Assembly: GCA_040954595.2 (NCBI GenBank)
Contig: CM082596.2
Span: 2,013,854-2,077,853, forward strand
Reading direction: 5' to 3'
Origin: Balanoglossus misakiensis
Lineage: Eukaryota; Animalia; Hemichordata
DNA length: 64,000 nt
This document shows positions 1 through 15,000 of the stretch, piece after piece. The position numbers and the translations under genes were made by a program. Each line of letters starts with the position of its first letter. Position 1 is the first letter of the stretch. A model generated the notes under the pieces. The model was not told the DNA's origin and did no database searches. It saw only the letters and a program-made list of their open reading frames with translations.

Positions 1-3000
1 CCTGAGCAGCAGCCTCATCAAACAACCAAAATTTCCTGCAAAATGGTAAGTACTAATGGTAAGTGTTGATGATACAACCAGGAAGAAATCATTGACAATA
101 GTTCACATCAAGTCTGTGCCATGTGATTTACAGCTATGTTTTAAGACACACCTAAAAATATCACTGCAAATTAAGACTACAATCTAGCCGGGGACACCCA
201 GCTTGAGACTTACTGGTTAACTCCAAGATAAGCCATCAGAGCAATGTCTGGTTGCTTGTTGAGTCTCAGGATCCTGTCCCAGTACCTGTCATCCTGACTT
301 TCATTATGCAAGGCGTAGAGAGTAAATAGAGGTGGATAGAGTCTGGGTAGTAGCACTGGATGTAACAGCCCAGCACTGGTGATCTGTAGTTTTCTGGAAA
401 TGGATGGTGATAAAGATGTTACTCTATTATACCAGTAGGCATGTATCTTAATTTTAAGATTAATGTTTTTCCAAGTATCAACTCACTTCTCTTTGTCTGT
501 CTTTTCCATTCTGGATAATTCCATGTTTGGATAACCATAGACACTGCTGACACCATACGGATTTTCCACAGTTGGACTTTGTGGTGATGGAGACTGTGGA
601 TTCTCACTTGGTAATCCTGGGAATAAGATTCTGTAAAATAAATTGGCAAATTTAAACCTGAGCTACTTGTCATTCAGATCATGTAAACATCAAATAGGAA
701 CATCAAATAAAACTTTCTAACTGCCATGACGTTGACTTTTGAACCTTGTTCAGTGCCTTACCTTATAATGGCATAGAGTCTTTGCACAAAGGATTTGACT
801 TCAGCCACAGCATAGGTGAGAAGTCGTCTGTTAGCACCAATACCAACGTATGTAGCTCGGTATACATCTACTAGACTGTCAACGAGCTGACCGAGTGGAT
901 GTAACGGGACGTCAAACGCCTGCAAGCAATAAAAGAGGATACATTAAAATGTGTGGGAATGCATGCCGCGTGCTACCTCTAACACACCTGATGATTCAAT
1001 GTCAAACCAAAACTTAAACCTGTCAATATGAGAAATTGACTTCACATGTTTGAATACAACAACTCATACCTTTTCCAAATAATTCTGCACAGCCATATAG
1101 TCTTCTTCAGAGATCCTCTCCGCATCATAGATCGGGATTCGTTCCAATCCATCCAAGTTACTCTTCTTCCCACCCAACTGGCTGCCATCACTAGTAACAT
1201 CAAACAGACATAAGTTCCTTTTAACCCTATTCATCCTATTTTTCCAGCAACAGGTTCGATCATGCAATGAGTACAATAGGGTTTCAACAGTGACCAAAGA
1301 TTGTCACTCAGGTGAGAAGGGCTAGGGGTAGACTGATCATGTGAATTATTTCTGTCAGAACAAATGACCAAGATCAAATGACATCATACCCGTTGGTCTG
1401 CCTTCTTTTCCCAGCATTCAATGCTACAGCCACCGCCTCCCATGCCTTGTGTTGGTGGGGCACAATGTTGGCATGGCAACCCAGGGTGGTCCTGCAGTGA
1501 TTGAAGATCTCAGACCACTTGTGATCGGCTGGTACCACATACAGGCCACTGCCACTGTGAAATTGATCAGAATCAAGAAATCATGAGCTAGATTTAGGGA
1601 AGGATACAAAAATCATCATCATCATCATCATCATCACTACCCAAACACTGCTATACAATAAAGAATTAACCTACACTGTGTGTGAACTTGACCCGTCCAA
1701 CGGGGACTTGCTAAACGTGCCATTGACCTTGACTCCATCACCCCAGATACCATTGAACGTGCCGTCTATAAAGTCCCCATTGGGAAGACGTAGGATCCCC
1801 TTGCCGTTCAGTGTGGGTCCTGTGGCCAATTCACCTTCATAGCTTGTTCCGTCTTCTGTGACAAGCAGACCAACTCCCTGTCAAGGCAAAGAGTTGTTAA
1901 TAAAACGATATACGTGTATGGACCATACTCTTTAATGGGGGTTGGGGAATTATTACTATTATAGTCATTGTGGAATTATATACCGGGGTACACCGTATTC
2001 TGCTGGAAGATTCGTGAGTACTTACTGACAGTTTATTATGTGTGAAAGTCCCTTCATAGTAAACTCCATCTAAGGTCACCACTAATCCATTACCATGGCG
2101 ATAATCTTCGTGCCACATTCCCATGTACTTCTCTCCCCTGTTGATGTCATCGATGACACCATATCCGCATCGTTTGTCGTTGTTCCATTCGCCGATGTAC
2201 ACACTGGGCGCGGTGGATGTCAGACTTCCACACCGTAACATTCCGTGTCCGTGGCGTTGGTTTTCTCTGTAGTATCCCTCGTAGATGTCACCATTGTGAT
2301 ACCTTTGAGAAGAAAGGCACAATGAAATAAGTACGATCAATTCTAACTTACGTATTATGCGATTATATAGCCAAAAGGATTATGCTGTTTGAGTTTCCCA
2401 GTGATAATGCGTTTGTAACCCAATTTTCCCAATGCTGAGGAATCTCAAACAGATACAAACCTGAGAATTCCTGCTCCGTGCATCTTTCCCTCCAACCACT
2501 GTCCATCATACATGTAGTTGGACTTGTCCTTCTCAGGGGAGGGGATTGTGTACATCCCGTGTCTAAAGTAAGACAAAAAACATTACCATAATCAACTAAT
2601 AAGCTTTGAAGCTCAAACATGATGTATCTGATACATGGGATGCAATATCATGCTTTCTCTCTCACCCTTCACTTACCCTTGTTGGTATCCCTGTACAAAT
2701 TTGCCAGTGTACTTGGACCCGTCCGGCCATATCATGGTACCTCTGCATAAATAAAACAACAAATTAATACAGATTAGGCCTATGTGGAATGGGTAAAGTC
2801 TCTTGTATTGTCGTGTCCCTGTGTTGTTGATTTTTTCAACATCATAATGATTATAAGTACAATGATATAATGGTACTATGTTTTAAGTTTAATGATGTGT
2901 GCTTACTTTCCATGTGGTTTCCCAGACAACCACATCCCATCGTAAGTGGCATCTTTGTACTTGGTGACGTTCTGGAATTTGTGAGTTCCATGTCTTGCCA

Positions 3001-6000
3001 GCGGGGGCACCACACCTGTTCTCTGTTGGTTGACTGGTGGCATGATGATTGGCTGGCCGGGGTCATGTTTCTCTTTCTGTCTCTTCAGTCGGGTCAGAAC
3101 AGCGTCGATGGCTTGATTGATTGCCCAGATCCATTCCTTCTTGATGGCTGATGAAGGTGCACTCACCAGCAGCGATGACTCGGGTAGGTTAAGCTGCATG
3201 GCATGTCTGTAAAGAGAATCATGCACAATTAGAACTTCCAAGAAACAAACTTTTAACGTGGTGCATCTCTCAGAAATAATGTGTCTTAGACTTTCACTTA
3301 TTTTGTCAGAGGTTGTTCGATATCTCAAGGGAATGGTAAGAAATTGGAGATCTTGTATCTGGTGATGGGATTGTAATTACGTTAGCATGTTCACACAGAA
3401 GGCAGCATGAAACCTGGCAACACCATTTCTTTCAAATGTAATTGCCTAACATTAGCAAACAGTCACTGTTCACACCAGCAGATCAGTGTGAAAAACTCTG
3501 GTTACTTAGATTTCAAGGAAGGAGGGTGTATCTAGGCAAAGGTGTTTATGAAGGGGAGAGAGAGAGACAGAGAGAGATGGCAGATTAGTTTATGTGGTTG
3601 TCTGTATTAGTATCCGCTCGACTACTGCATATTTCAATGGTGATGATTTAAAATGTAGCAATTATGATGCACATTGCAAGTTTTTTGTACAAATGGTTGT
3701 TATTCTTACTGTAACTTTTTAGGCGGTTTGGGATTTTCACTGTCATCGTTCTGGTCGCTGTGAATTACAAACATCAACAATCAGATGCAAAATGCATAAG
3801 GGGCTAACTGAATTTGTCAAGACTTTCCAGGGACGGTTTCAAATTCAACAAATTGTCACAAGTGGACAGAACACAAATCATTTGTAACATGCAACACTTT
3901 CACTTACTGTGCTTGTTCTGAGTCAGGTATGGCTTCAACCCACACTGTTGCTAGCGGATACACTTGATGCGAGGAAAACGACTGAAAATAAAAAAAGATT
4001 TCACACAGATGAGATCACTGTTCAGTCTGAAAAAGGGGTGAACACGCCACCTTAACCCCAACCAAAACAAAACATTAGTTTTGTCAAGCATTGATGGAAG
4101 TCATCATACAAGTTAATGATAACTTGGTTAAACTTCCTGTTACTACGGCAATGGATGCATGCGCTTTGCAGCCAGATATCAGCATTATTTCATGCACAGC
4201 TTGCTTTGTTTAGATGTGTTCTTGTGAAGCTTTCAAGTCATCGCTGGAAAATTCTTACAAGACAAAAAGATGTCCACAAGAATAGAAGTGAGAGGGTTTT
4301 ATCAATACACAAGATCCCATCACATCTTTGTTCTAAGCCTTGTTGCAAGACATTCATGGATGACTTTTGGCTTTACCACAAGATCACTGTTAAGTTCTGT
4401 TAAAGTCAGTCATGTCAAAATGCAACAAGACATGGTTAGCACACAGCACACTCTCAAATCCTAAAGAAAGGATGGTATGTTTACATATCGATGTTGTAGT
4501 GTTAAAGTTGACCCTCAACCCTATGAAATGTAATGTGTTAATTTGCACATACTTCCACTATCTAAGTGGTTTTGACCTTTATGAAATGATGATTGAAGAC
4601 AGTAAGAGAGTTTATGATGAGAATTTTAGAATTATGAATCCCAAAACCATGTTCAATCGCTTGAGACGTTCTCAAGACATGACTTTTGCAACAAACCATG
4701 TCATGTCATTCGTACTCACTTCCTTCAAGTTGGTGTCTTTCAACTTGATCATGTTACTGAGTTCAGAGACGGAAAGATTTGATACTTTGTACTAGAAATC
4801 AAAACAAAAATCTGAAACATATACATGTATAAGGTTCAACTTTTGAAGTACGTGACACTTTAAATGTCATGCTCTGACTGTGTGTCAGAGTGAATGTCTG
4901 TATGTCTGTGTCAGTGTCTGTGTCCGTGTGTGTCTGTGTATGCGACCATTTGCATATACTCGCACCTAAACACAAGTCACATGACTATTGGGTTGGGGCA
5001 TATATTTACACAAAGCAAACATAGCTGTTTAGGATTTGTAATGTAGACTCATGCATCATGATTGCATAGTGCGGACAAAATCATAACGATAATCAGCTGG
5101 CAACATGCATGTTTTGATAACATCGCGCCCATATTTTGCAGCGGCTGTGAGTTCCGTATCTCCACAATCAATTTTTCAAATGACATGAATAGATGATCAA
5201 AAACGAGCAAATCTTTGACAGGAGATGAGAAACCTCATGACCAGAGCGCAAGCAAGCAAAAAAACGTGCAGCGGTAATTCCCACAATACACCACAAAGAA
5301 ACAGACATTTGACCGAGACAAGAGGCATGCCGATCGAACAACGCACAGGATGAAATGTGGGAAAATACCTGCTCCGACGACGATCCTGGTCTAGCTATCC
5401 CACTCTTGCTGTCATGCTTAGAAGAGGCCAAGAGGTCAAAGTGGACAGGTTAGTCAGAAAGTCAAACGTCAAAGTTCAGAACGATGACTGATGACCGACA
5501 GAAAAGAGTGTCATGGCAACCATGATGACAGAAGGCACATTATACAAGAGAAGATGATTAACATTTTTCATTTTCATCTGCAAGAATGGGATGCTACCCA
5601 GAAAGACTATTGAAACATTTCTCAATGCATATATTGGACTCACACCCAAGAAACATCCAAGCAGTGACCGATATGACTGGAACAAACCTTCACATTTACC
5701 GAAGTCTACATGTTAATTTAATTCTCAAGTTTCACAAAACACACTTCTCATAATAAAAGATATTTGCACTTTGGGAGTGGCATTGCTGTGAAAATCTACA
5801 TAAATAAAAATATAATTGCTTTAAAACCATTGATTACCAACCTGTGCGTGGACAAAAGCATCATCAAAGAGAATAAACCAATGACTGGTGAATCTGGACG
5901 CACTAGCCAACGTCAACTGTTGAGTCTTACTGTCTTTGATGACACGTCGATCTGGTTTCTTCAGAGAGTCCTACGAAAAAAATTATAGTAACATCAAGAT

Positions 6001-9000
6001 GTGTTTGAACTTCTACATACCTGATGATTTATTATTATTTCTTGATGATAAGTAAGTTTTCACTGCTACAAACAAGTTTAGTGTTGCAACTTACTGCCAG
6101 CTTAGGAGGGCAACCTTCCCAGAAGGTCATGGTTTTCTCTGCATCTCCTAGCCTGGAGTTGATAACGTTTTTCAGAGTTTCCCAAGTTGAGCCAACTTCT
6201 CTCAGCTGAGTGTGTTCAATGGTTTCCTGAGAGACCACAAACACATTAACACCACTTTAATGTAATTACACAATGTATAATGTGAATGACAATATATTTA
6301 GAGTTTTATGAACTTCAGAAATTAAACTTTTGGTCATACTGTAGATGGGAAAGTGGACCGTCCCCCACCTGTGCAAAATGTTGCATGATTTTCCCGATTA
6401 GTCGACTGTATTCCTTGATCCTTCTGATGGGAGTCAGCATCAGATAATGGAATGCTGCTGCCGTGTTTGGCTGCTTTTCCTCGTAGCTACACAGCTCATT
6501 CAGTGTGGATTCTTGTTTTGTGAGAAACTCACTGCAGATCAACAGAAAATGAATGCATAGTCAGTCACGAAATGGTCTCTCGTTGCACAAGAAACTGTCA
6601 AAGCATCTGCAGATTCAACTTGGACATGTGTGGATCATGTATAACAGATTGCATGACTATGTACTCACCCAAGGCTTTTACTGATGAACTGAAACACACC
6701 AATAGCAGTGAGATCAGCAAACAGATTGCCGTACTTGTCAAACGCCTCTATGGCTTCCCGGTAATGTCTTATGATATTAAGATCAAACAGTTCATGATTG
6801 AGCTGAACCACAGACATGAGCTGTATGGCATTTTTTCCCACTATGCTGGCTATTGTTCCCAGTTGGTCAACAATCTCTCTGACTGTGGGACCGTATACAG
6901 TAGACTCCATTGGCTTGAAATACTCTGTCATGATAGAATCATAAGGGATTATTGATAAGTGAATATGAAAATGACATGCTAGCAATGAGAAACTAGTGAT
7001 ATATGCCCTGAAGTGTATACACTCATATTTGTGCCAAAACCCGGTATTTTACTGCCATTTTATAGTATGAAGATTTCTCATTGCTCCTAGTATTACTGAG
7101 ATTCAGAAGAGATCAACAAGAACAAGACATTTCACACATCACTACTGACCTGCTGAGAGTAATGACTTCAAGACTTGTGATTTCATCGTTGACAGTTGCT
7201 GATGGAAGAGCCGTTCCGTCGATGCAAATTCGTGAATCAGTGAAACGAATCCGGTCTCGTTCTTGTCAACGATGCAAGCGCACTGGTCTCCGGCAGCTGA
7301 TATGCTTCTCACCCATCCAAGCTGAAAAGATACATGAAGTTTAATCATCTCCATCAAGTTAACAATACCCCATGAAAGTATTATGATGATAACTATTGCA
7401 CTCACCTTCCTGATAAAGGGAAGTCTCTCTGGCTGTTTGACTCTGGGTGTGTATTTCACTGATGGACCTTTGGGTATTACAGATTTTCTCTTCGGAGTGT
7501 CTTTCTCAGCAGCCGGTGGTTTGAAGTACACTTGAAGTTCTGTCAGGCTGCAAATAAAATTACAAATTAGATTAACAGAAATGGTATATGAGTTTTCTCA
7601 ATGTTGGTGATAATGTGGATGTCTCAGTGTTAGTGTGAATGCATATAGGCTTGTGCAGCAAAGAATTTTGAAATAAATTCTCACCTGGGTTGTCTGCCTA
7701 TGTAGAAGATTTCTGATTGAAAATTCACACCGTCAGTTAACAGCAGGGTATGGTTAGCACCAGCAGCTATGTCCCAAGCAGGTACATTAGATGGAATCTG
7801 TCAAAGAATTGAAAACTATGAAATAAAACTGGCCTAAAAATGGTGATTTTCCACGATTAACTTTGCTATGAATGTGAATCTGGGAACAAAGCAACAAACC
7901 ATTTCTTGTTCCATGAAAGTGATGGCTGCAGCAACTTACCTTAACTCTCTTTGGCGCCAATTGTCCAGAGTGACCTAGTTGTCCATCATTATTTGATCCC
8001 CAGGAATACACCTGTAGTGAAAACACATTGACAGCAACTGATTAACATATAATCTTCAATGTTGACTGACTGACAAATGAGTAAATATTGACAGGGCCAA
8101 TAAAATAGAAAAATGGGCGTGGCTCCAGTGCCTGCAGCTTGTCAGTCAATGCTTATAGTGGGTGTGGCTTACCTGTCCACTGCTGGTCAGAGCTAATGAG
8201 TGGGATGATCCAGACGTCACTTTTATCACATTTTTCGCACTCAGCGGTTTGACTACAGTTGGCAGAATCCTGCAAAATAAAACAACAAAAGTTTGAAGTA
8301 ACCATTTCTAAGTTCTTACATCTTTTCTTAGACGGACAATATAGCAAGTAAGAGTTGACAAATTTTGGATGAGTGAATTAAACTTAAATTCTATTCTGAC
8401 CTGTCCAGCAAATCTCCCTGGCCAAGCTGACCATGACTACCTCTTCCCCAGCTCCAGACTTCAGTCTGCAGGGCTATTTCATCCACTGGTGAGACTATGT
8501 CATCGTGCCACATCTTCTGTTGCCCGGCAACACCATTCTTGCTTGGCGTCTGGCCCATGTCTGAGCTGGCGGGATCGCACAGTGATTCGTTGCTCCCGGA
8601 ATGGATGAACTTGGCGACAAACGATGTTGCTGTCTCAGTGCCGCTGCTCAAGAATGTATTGAACCTCGTACGCAGCACCTGTGGCAGCTTAGAAACAATT
8701 CTCTCTTCACTCTGCCCTTTGTTTGGTGTTTTTCTGGTGTCTTTCGTCGTTCCGACTGCCAGTTGTTTCCTCAGGTAATCTTTGGCTGCCTTGTTTGTTG
8801 GGAAGCTTTTTGTCGGCTCCCCTGGGTAGTTTGCGTACGAAGACTCCTCAAGATCTTCCACTTTTCCGCCATCAGTTACATCTGATTCTTCAAGATTTTC
8901 CAACTCCTTGGCAGTGTCTTCAAGTGTGTAGGTTCCTTGGCTGCCTTCCGATTTTGCATCGTCTTCCTGGATTACCTTCTTAGAAACATCGCTTTTCTTA

Positions 9001-12000
9001 AACGGCGATGCCTTGACAGTGGAAACAGAAAAAGACGAGGACGCCATCGACGATGCGTCTAAGCTATCCATAGACATGCCGAATGAGTGAACGCTGACTT
9101 CATCAGGGCAGTTGTGATCGCAGATGACAACAGTGTCACTTTGATCAGAGACATTATACAGTTCCTGGTTGCATTTGGGGCAGTATGACATATCATCAGG
9201 TTTCACTGGCGATCTCCCAGTTTTGATCTTCTGTGCCACAGCCAAGCTATGCATGCTTCCACAACATATACTGAGAACTTTCTTCCCTTTCATTGCCTCC
9301 ACACGCTGTGGCCTGGTCACAGGATTATTCGCCGTCCCGAGTCCCAGCTGGTGCCCTGTCCCCCATGACCAGATCTCCCCATAATTACTCAACACCATAG
9401 TGTGGTTATCTCCGCATGCGATCTGTGTAATGAATGGATCATCACCCTCGGGGTTTGTCAGCTCCACTTGATGAGGCCTGGCCACTTTCTCACCTTTCTC
9501 CGTCCCGCACTGCGAAGCACTATTATCCCCCCAACAGAAGACAATCCCATCTGAGCATACCACACCTGTATGGTTGCTCCCACACGCCACATCAATCACG
9601 TTCTCGCTCGCAAGGTCCCGGACTAAAATCGGCTTCTCCGTAACGTCATCGAATTTCCCGTTCCCCATCTGTCCAAACTCCCCAGATCCGTAGGTGTACA
9701 GTTCGTGCCTGTCAGCCAGGAAAGCGACATGTTTGCTGCCGAGAGACACCTTTGAGATGCTCTTCTTCAGAAAGACATCGAAGGTGAGCGGGTTGATGTT
9801 GCTGACAAATCCTTTCCACAGACATGCCACTCCCTGTTGATGTTCCTCTTCCTGGTTCCCGTAGTCCCTAGTGCATGAACACAAAAAACTCTCAAATTGA
9901 TCGCCAAAGACAAAATCACGCAATTTTCTCGTTGACATGTCACCTCATGATAAATATGATCATCAATTGGAGATCTATCGTCTAATGGATGAAAGTGATA
10001 CACAGGCAAACAGGAACACACAGCACAGTATCAGTAATGATGTCTACATTCTATGAATGATCTTGACATTAGTATCCAGTCTACAGCGCATTATCTACTC
10101 TGCAATTCTAAATCTACAACGCCCACATCCTGAAGGCCTCAGACGCGACGGCCTCACAATTAATTCAGCAGCAGCAGTCTGCAAGCCTGACTTGCATATT
10201 AATGAGATGACTTGTGGAGACAACAAGCCAATCAGACAACTACATGTACAGCAAACTAGTTTTTTCACTGGTTCTTGCAAATATTCTAAACTGCGAAGAT
10301 TCAACTTAGCACTGTGCATCGCTGTGGAATTCCATTACTGGATTTACAATCATATATCTTATCTCAAACAGCACTGGGAATTTACTGTCAGAGATCAGAG
10401 AGAAGAAACCACACACAGACCACAGAAGAAGGAATTTCCAGTTCAGTACATTAAACTCACCCCATATCCACCCATTGAAATATCTGTCATTGACAAATCT
10501 ATTCTGCAACGCTCAACAAAAATGTCATTCCCAGCTGAAAACACAATATTATTTATATGCCATGTGATGGATTATAATATGACGACAATTATTAATGCAT
10601 ATTACCCAGATTAAGTATCACTGATCTGTGAAAACTACACGTAATTCAACATCTGTGGCATATGTGCATTTCAGAGTAGAATAAGGCAACTCCCATTGTC
10701 GGCCTTGACCACAGTATACAAAAATACAGAATGATTATACAGTTTCACAGAAATTCAAAGGACGTATGTGCATAATTAGGCAGTAAATTTGGGCTGACTA
10801 ATTATTTACAATGTACTTTCATAGATGTCTGGACCATTACATAAGAAAGATACGGCTTGACTGAATATCAAAGGATCCTATTTTTAACATGTTAATCATA
10901 TTTCTATCATTGTGGGCTGAATTTATGGGACACAAAGAATGATATTCATCAATACCGTGGGAACTGATTCTGTTTATTGGTGTCAGTGAATGACTTTGTA
11001 AACCTGGACATTGAGCAGATGAAGTCAGGTCTTTATAGTGTATGGATTTTTAACTCACTTTATATGAACGTCAAAATGTAAATTTAACAAAATTAAGAAA
11101 CAGTGATGTGGAGATAATACGCTAATATTAAACAGGTTCACAGAGAAATAGGGCTGGTTGAGGATTATCATGACTGAAGGCCTGTTACTGTGCTGTTTGT
11201 TTACAAAGATCACAGCGCAGTCATTGCTGGCGTATGATCATTGCTATGCTGTGCGCATACTACTTCATGAAGTGACCTCAACCTGAAAAGCCGACGCTGA
11301 CAGAATGAAAAGATGAAAACGCACACACACACAAAAACTCGCTTACCAGCACAATGGTTGTTGATAGGAATACATGGTTGGCCAGCTGCCGGCCGTCACT
11401 TGAAATAGAATGAAAAACTGTAGTGTGAACGACTAACCACTGGGGTGTTACATGTTCGTGATAAGCTTTCCTCCGTTGATGATTTCCAATACCATCTATG
11501 GGTCATGGCAAACCGGCGATATGCGAACTGCATGACAGACCAACTGTGTTCTGCCGATTAAAAGCTATTACCTGAGCATAACAACAGACGCTAATTTGCC
11601 TTCATAATCCAAACACAATGACAATGGTAATACATTGTACCTCCAATGACAGATAACGTATATACGTACAGCCCAGTGCTGAATTTGATTTGTGGACATG
11701 ACCTTGATGTGAACAAACAATTGATGACAAAAGAGATGATTTATATGCTGGGTTGTTTCATTGAATATTATAATGTAGGGTAGGCAGGGTTTAGGAATAT
11801 CTCAAAATAAGGTGGGGAAAGAAAACGCCAGCTATCAAAACCATTGGTTGACTGTGCATTTAAATCACAGCGATTTTGGATGAATACATTCCTCATTAAA
11901 CTGGTTTTAAAAAGCACAAATCATTCAACTCTGTAAATCAGACTAGACTTTTTTCATATGGAAATACCATTTTGTCTCTGTTCTCGGCCAATACAAAGGA

Positions 12001-15000
12001 ATGTCATGTGTAGGTTACAGTTTAGGAACCCACCCAGAAGTTTTATTACTAATACATTTGATTGCATAAAGACTCAAACCGTAAACTCATATATGCATAC
12101 TTCCTTCACCAAAAAGACCTCACAAACAGTTCTGCTTTGACTAGTTTATTGGGGGCACAGGTTATATTTGCTGACTTGAGAAACTATGTCACCAGTAAAT
12201 CGCAGGACAAGCATCTCTTTGATCAACAAATACCTGTACAACTAATCAAGTTCAAACTACAACCACTGAAGCCAACATCCATATATGGGCATGTCCAGAC
12301 TTGGCCTAGCCAATCAAATCACACTCTCACTTCTGATGTATTTACTAAAGTTTGTGTGACTATGCCATGGTTAATCATCTCTCCTTGCAAGGATTTCTTT
12401 TCCTAAATTCATACTTGAATTCACAACACAGTCATTCAGCAAAATATTTATAATTTTATAAACTTCCTTGACACAAGATAAATCATTTGATAGTTGTATT
12501 ATGCAATAATGTATCTCATTATACAAACGGTTGGTCTATGACATACTGGTACAAAACATCTGCTCATTTTGGTTAATTAAGGACATCGAGTAATGTAGTT
12601 TATTAATTATTCATCTGTTGCTAAAGAAGGCACCATATGCTCAATCAAATGACCATGTGTATAGTGAACACTGAATGTAAACTCTTCCAGTTTATCTTTA
12701 CTGCACACATCAGCATACAGTTTGACTACAAACTGATCTCTTCATGTACTTTAATGAGTTTCTTTCTTTTCTTTTCAAATCCATTACACACATTGGATTT
12801 TTAATGACACAAAATCTATTATCCTCAGATGAAGAATGCCAACTTGCTTCCAAGCAGTGACTCATATCAGCACATGCCATTATTATAAATAGAAATTGTG
12901 AGGTCAACATCCTCAAATTACATATGCTAAATTATTTATAATCTGGAGAATTAGTTTAAAGTGAAAACAGTATCTATTAATTCTATGTTAGATTTGATAA
13001 CAATTGTCCTAAAATGTCAACTAATGGGCGTAGTTACAGCTACACATTTGTGACCTGAGTGTGGAAGGAACATTATAGATTTCGGAATGGACGTTATGGA
13101 TTTCAATATTGCTACATTATGCCTGTCTGAAATGGATTATTGAGCCTTATTTAAATATTTGAACAATAACACTGACAAATATTACATTATACTGATCTCT
13201 TTGGGTCTGAATGATGTAATACAATTGTGTAAAATTATTTTTAGATCAACACAAATACTCAAAGAGAAAACTGCACACCATGTTCAGCAGATTGTCACGT
13301 TTTTACCTGGCAACCTGCAATAATATCATATTGTTCATTTTCACAGGGCTGATTAAAATTGTTTGAAATTTATTAAGGGATGAAATGCATACCTCCTTAC
13401 AGTCAGAATATTTAGCCTCCAGTAAAATCCTTGAAATAAACCCTGAAGACCAAATATGGTATCATCTCTCTATTTTTAGTTTTTTATCTGAAATTCACAG
13501 AGGCGGTTGTATTATACTTCCTGCCTGATTCCCTGCTAGTACATGCACTTGACATGTCTGGGCAGTTTCTATAAGGCTTAAAGAATCAAATCTGTTACCG
13601 CCCTACCAAGATCAAAGAAACACTGTCTACGGGCCCCATATGTCCATATAAATCATCATTCTCATGAAAATAAGCATGTCAGTTCCATTCAGTTTTATTC
13701 CCTGTGTAGTCTTTCTTCAACTCATCATATCCCCTTTCAAGAACGGCAATTAAATAATCTTTCATGTTATGTATTATGGGGAGAAATGTTTGCCCTTTAG
13801 GGAGCAGGGGGCACAGGTCAACATAACCCAACCCCACTGGCAATCCACATCACCCATGTTGTCTGTAAGTGACACTTCAATGTATAGTCAGTGATGTATT
13901 AGATGGCTGGCAGGGGGTGATGAAGATGCCAGTGCCAGGTCACGACCTCTGCGGTCATCATCAGCTGACCACTGCAAATATATGTCACTCTGTACAAAGT
14001 ACATGTATTCAGGTCCAAGCACCCACAAAATATCAGTAGTTTTCAGCCGATTAAAACCTTTGTGTGAATGATAATAAACATATATAGTAGGTTATCAAAT
14101 TTGATAGTGTCTGGCCTATGCTAAAAAAAATCAAAATCAATAGCATTGTTGGTTTTATTTTTTTCCAGTTTTTACTACTTAAAATTAGGTGTGCAGATTT
14201 TAGAACATGACAATGTTTCACATGAAAAAGACTTTCCAAGTTCTTCTACTTTTGCCCACAAAATACTATCAGCTGATTGTAAATAATGTCCACAGTTGTA
14301 ATTACATGAGACATTTCTAATCATCATCATTCAAAGTACTGTAAAATCAATGGCAGTTAATGTTAACCTTGGAATGATGTGTGTGTCTAGAATACAGACC
14401 TCATTAATTTGATCATATTGCTGTCTGCTTAGATTACAGTCACTTGCTGACTTAAGAATTTTTCCACTATCCAACTGCATTTGAGAGTCACCATGGTGAC
14501 AAAAATGAAAAGAAATAATTATTTAAAAAAAATTAAATACCTGCAGGAGTACCAATAGATTATATGTACACAAAAAATATTAAGACATACTATTTAATAA
14601 TATTAAGAAATACTGAAATACATATTTGCTAAATCTAAACTCAGCATGTTAATTTCGCAAGGTGTGTTCCTTCAGTTGAAATGTACAACATTGTTTTTGT
14701 GCAGCCATTATATCTGCAGACATTTAACATTCTAGAAATGTTTCAATTTCGAAGGTTAAAAAAGATCATCTGCCTCAGCCTCTGTTCATATGTATGAGTC
14801 ACTATTGATGTAATGAGTCATACCTTTATACCTTTAGATTTTATTGTGTACAGCTGTATCATTCACATAATCACACACATGTTCAACCGGCAAAAATAAC
14901 TTCACCGGTAAATATTGTTGATTTCATGAATTCATAAAAAAATAAAAATGAGCGGGTGTCCACTGGTCAGCAATATGAGGAGCTGTCATGTGGAAAGGAT

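Noticed and set aside
5700-5705. Possible 6-nt microexon (tag|ACTTCG|gtaaat) in the alsin PH intron
   Set aside because: In phase, but the acceptor lacks a pyrimidine tract; too weak without reads.
10057-10614. 185-aa plus-strand ORF in ALS2 intron 1
   Set aside because: No recognisable homology; likely a chance ORF.
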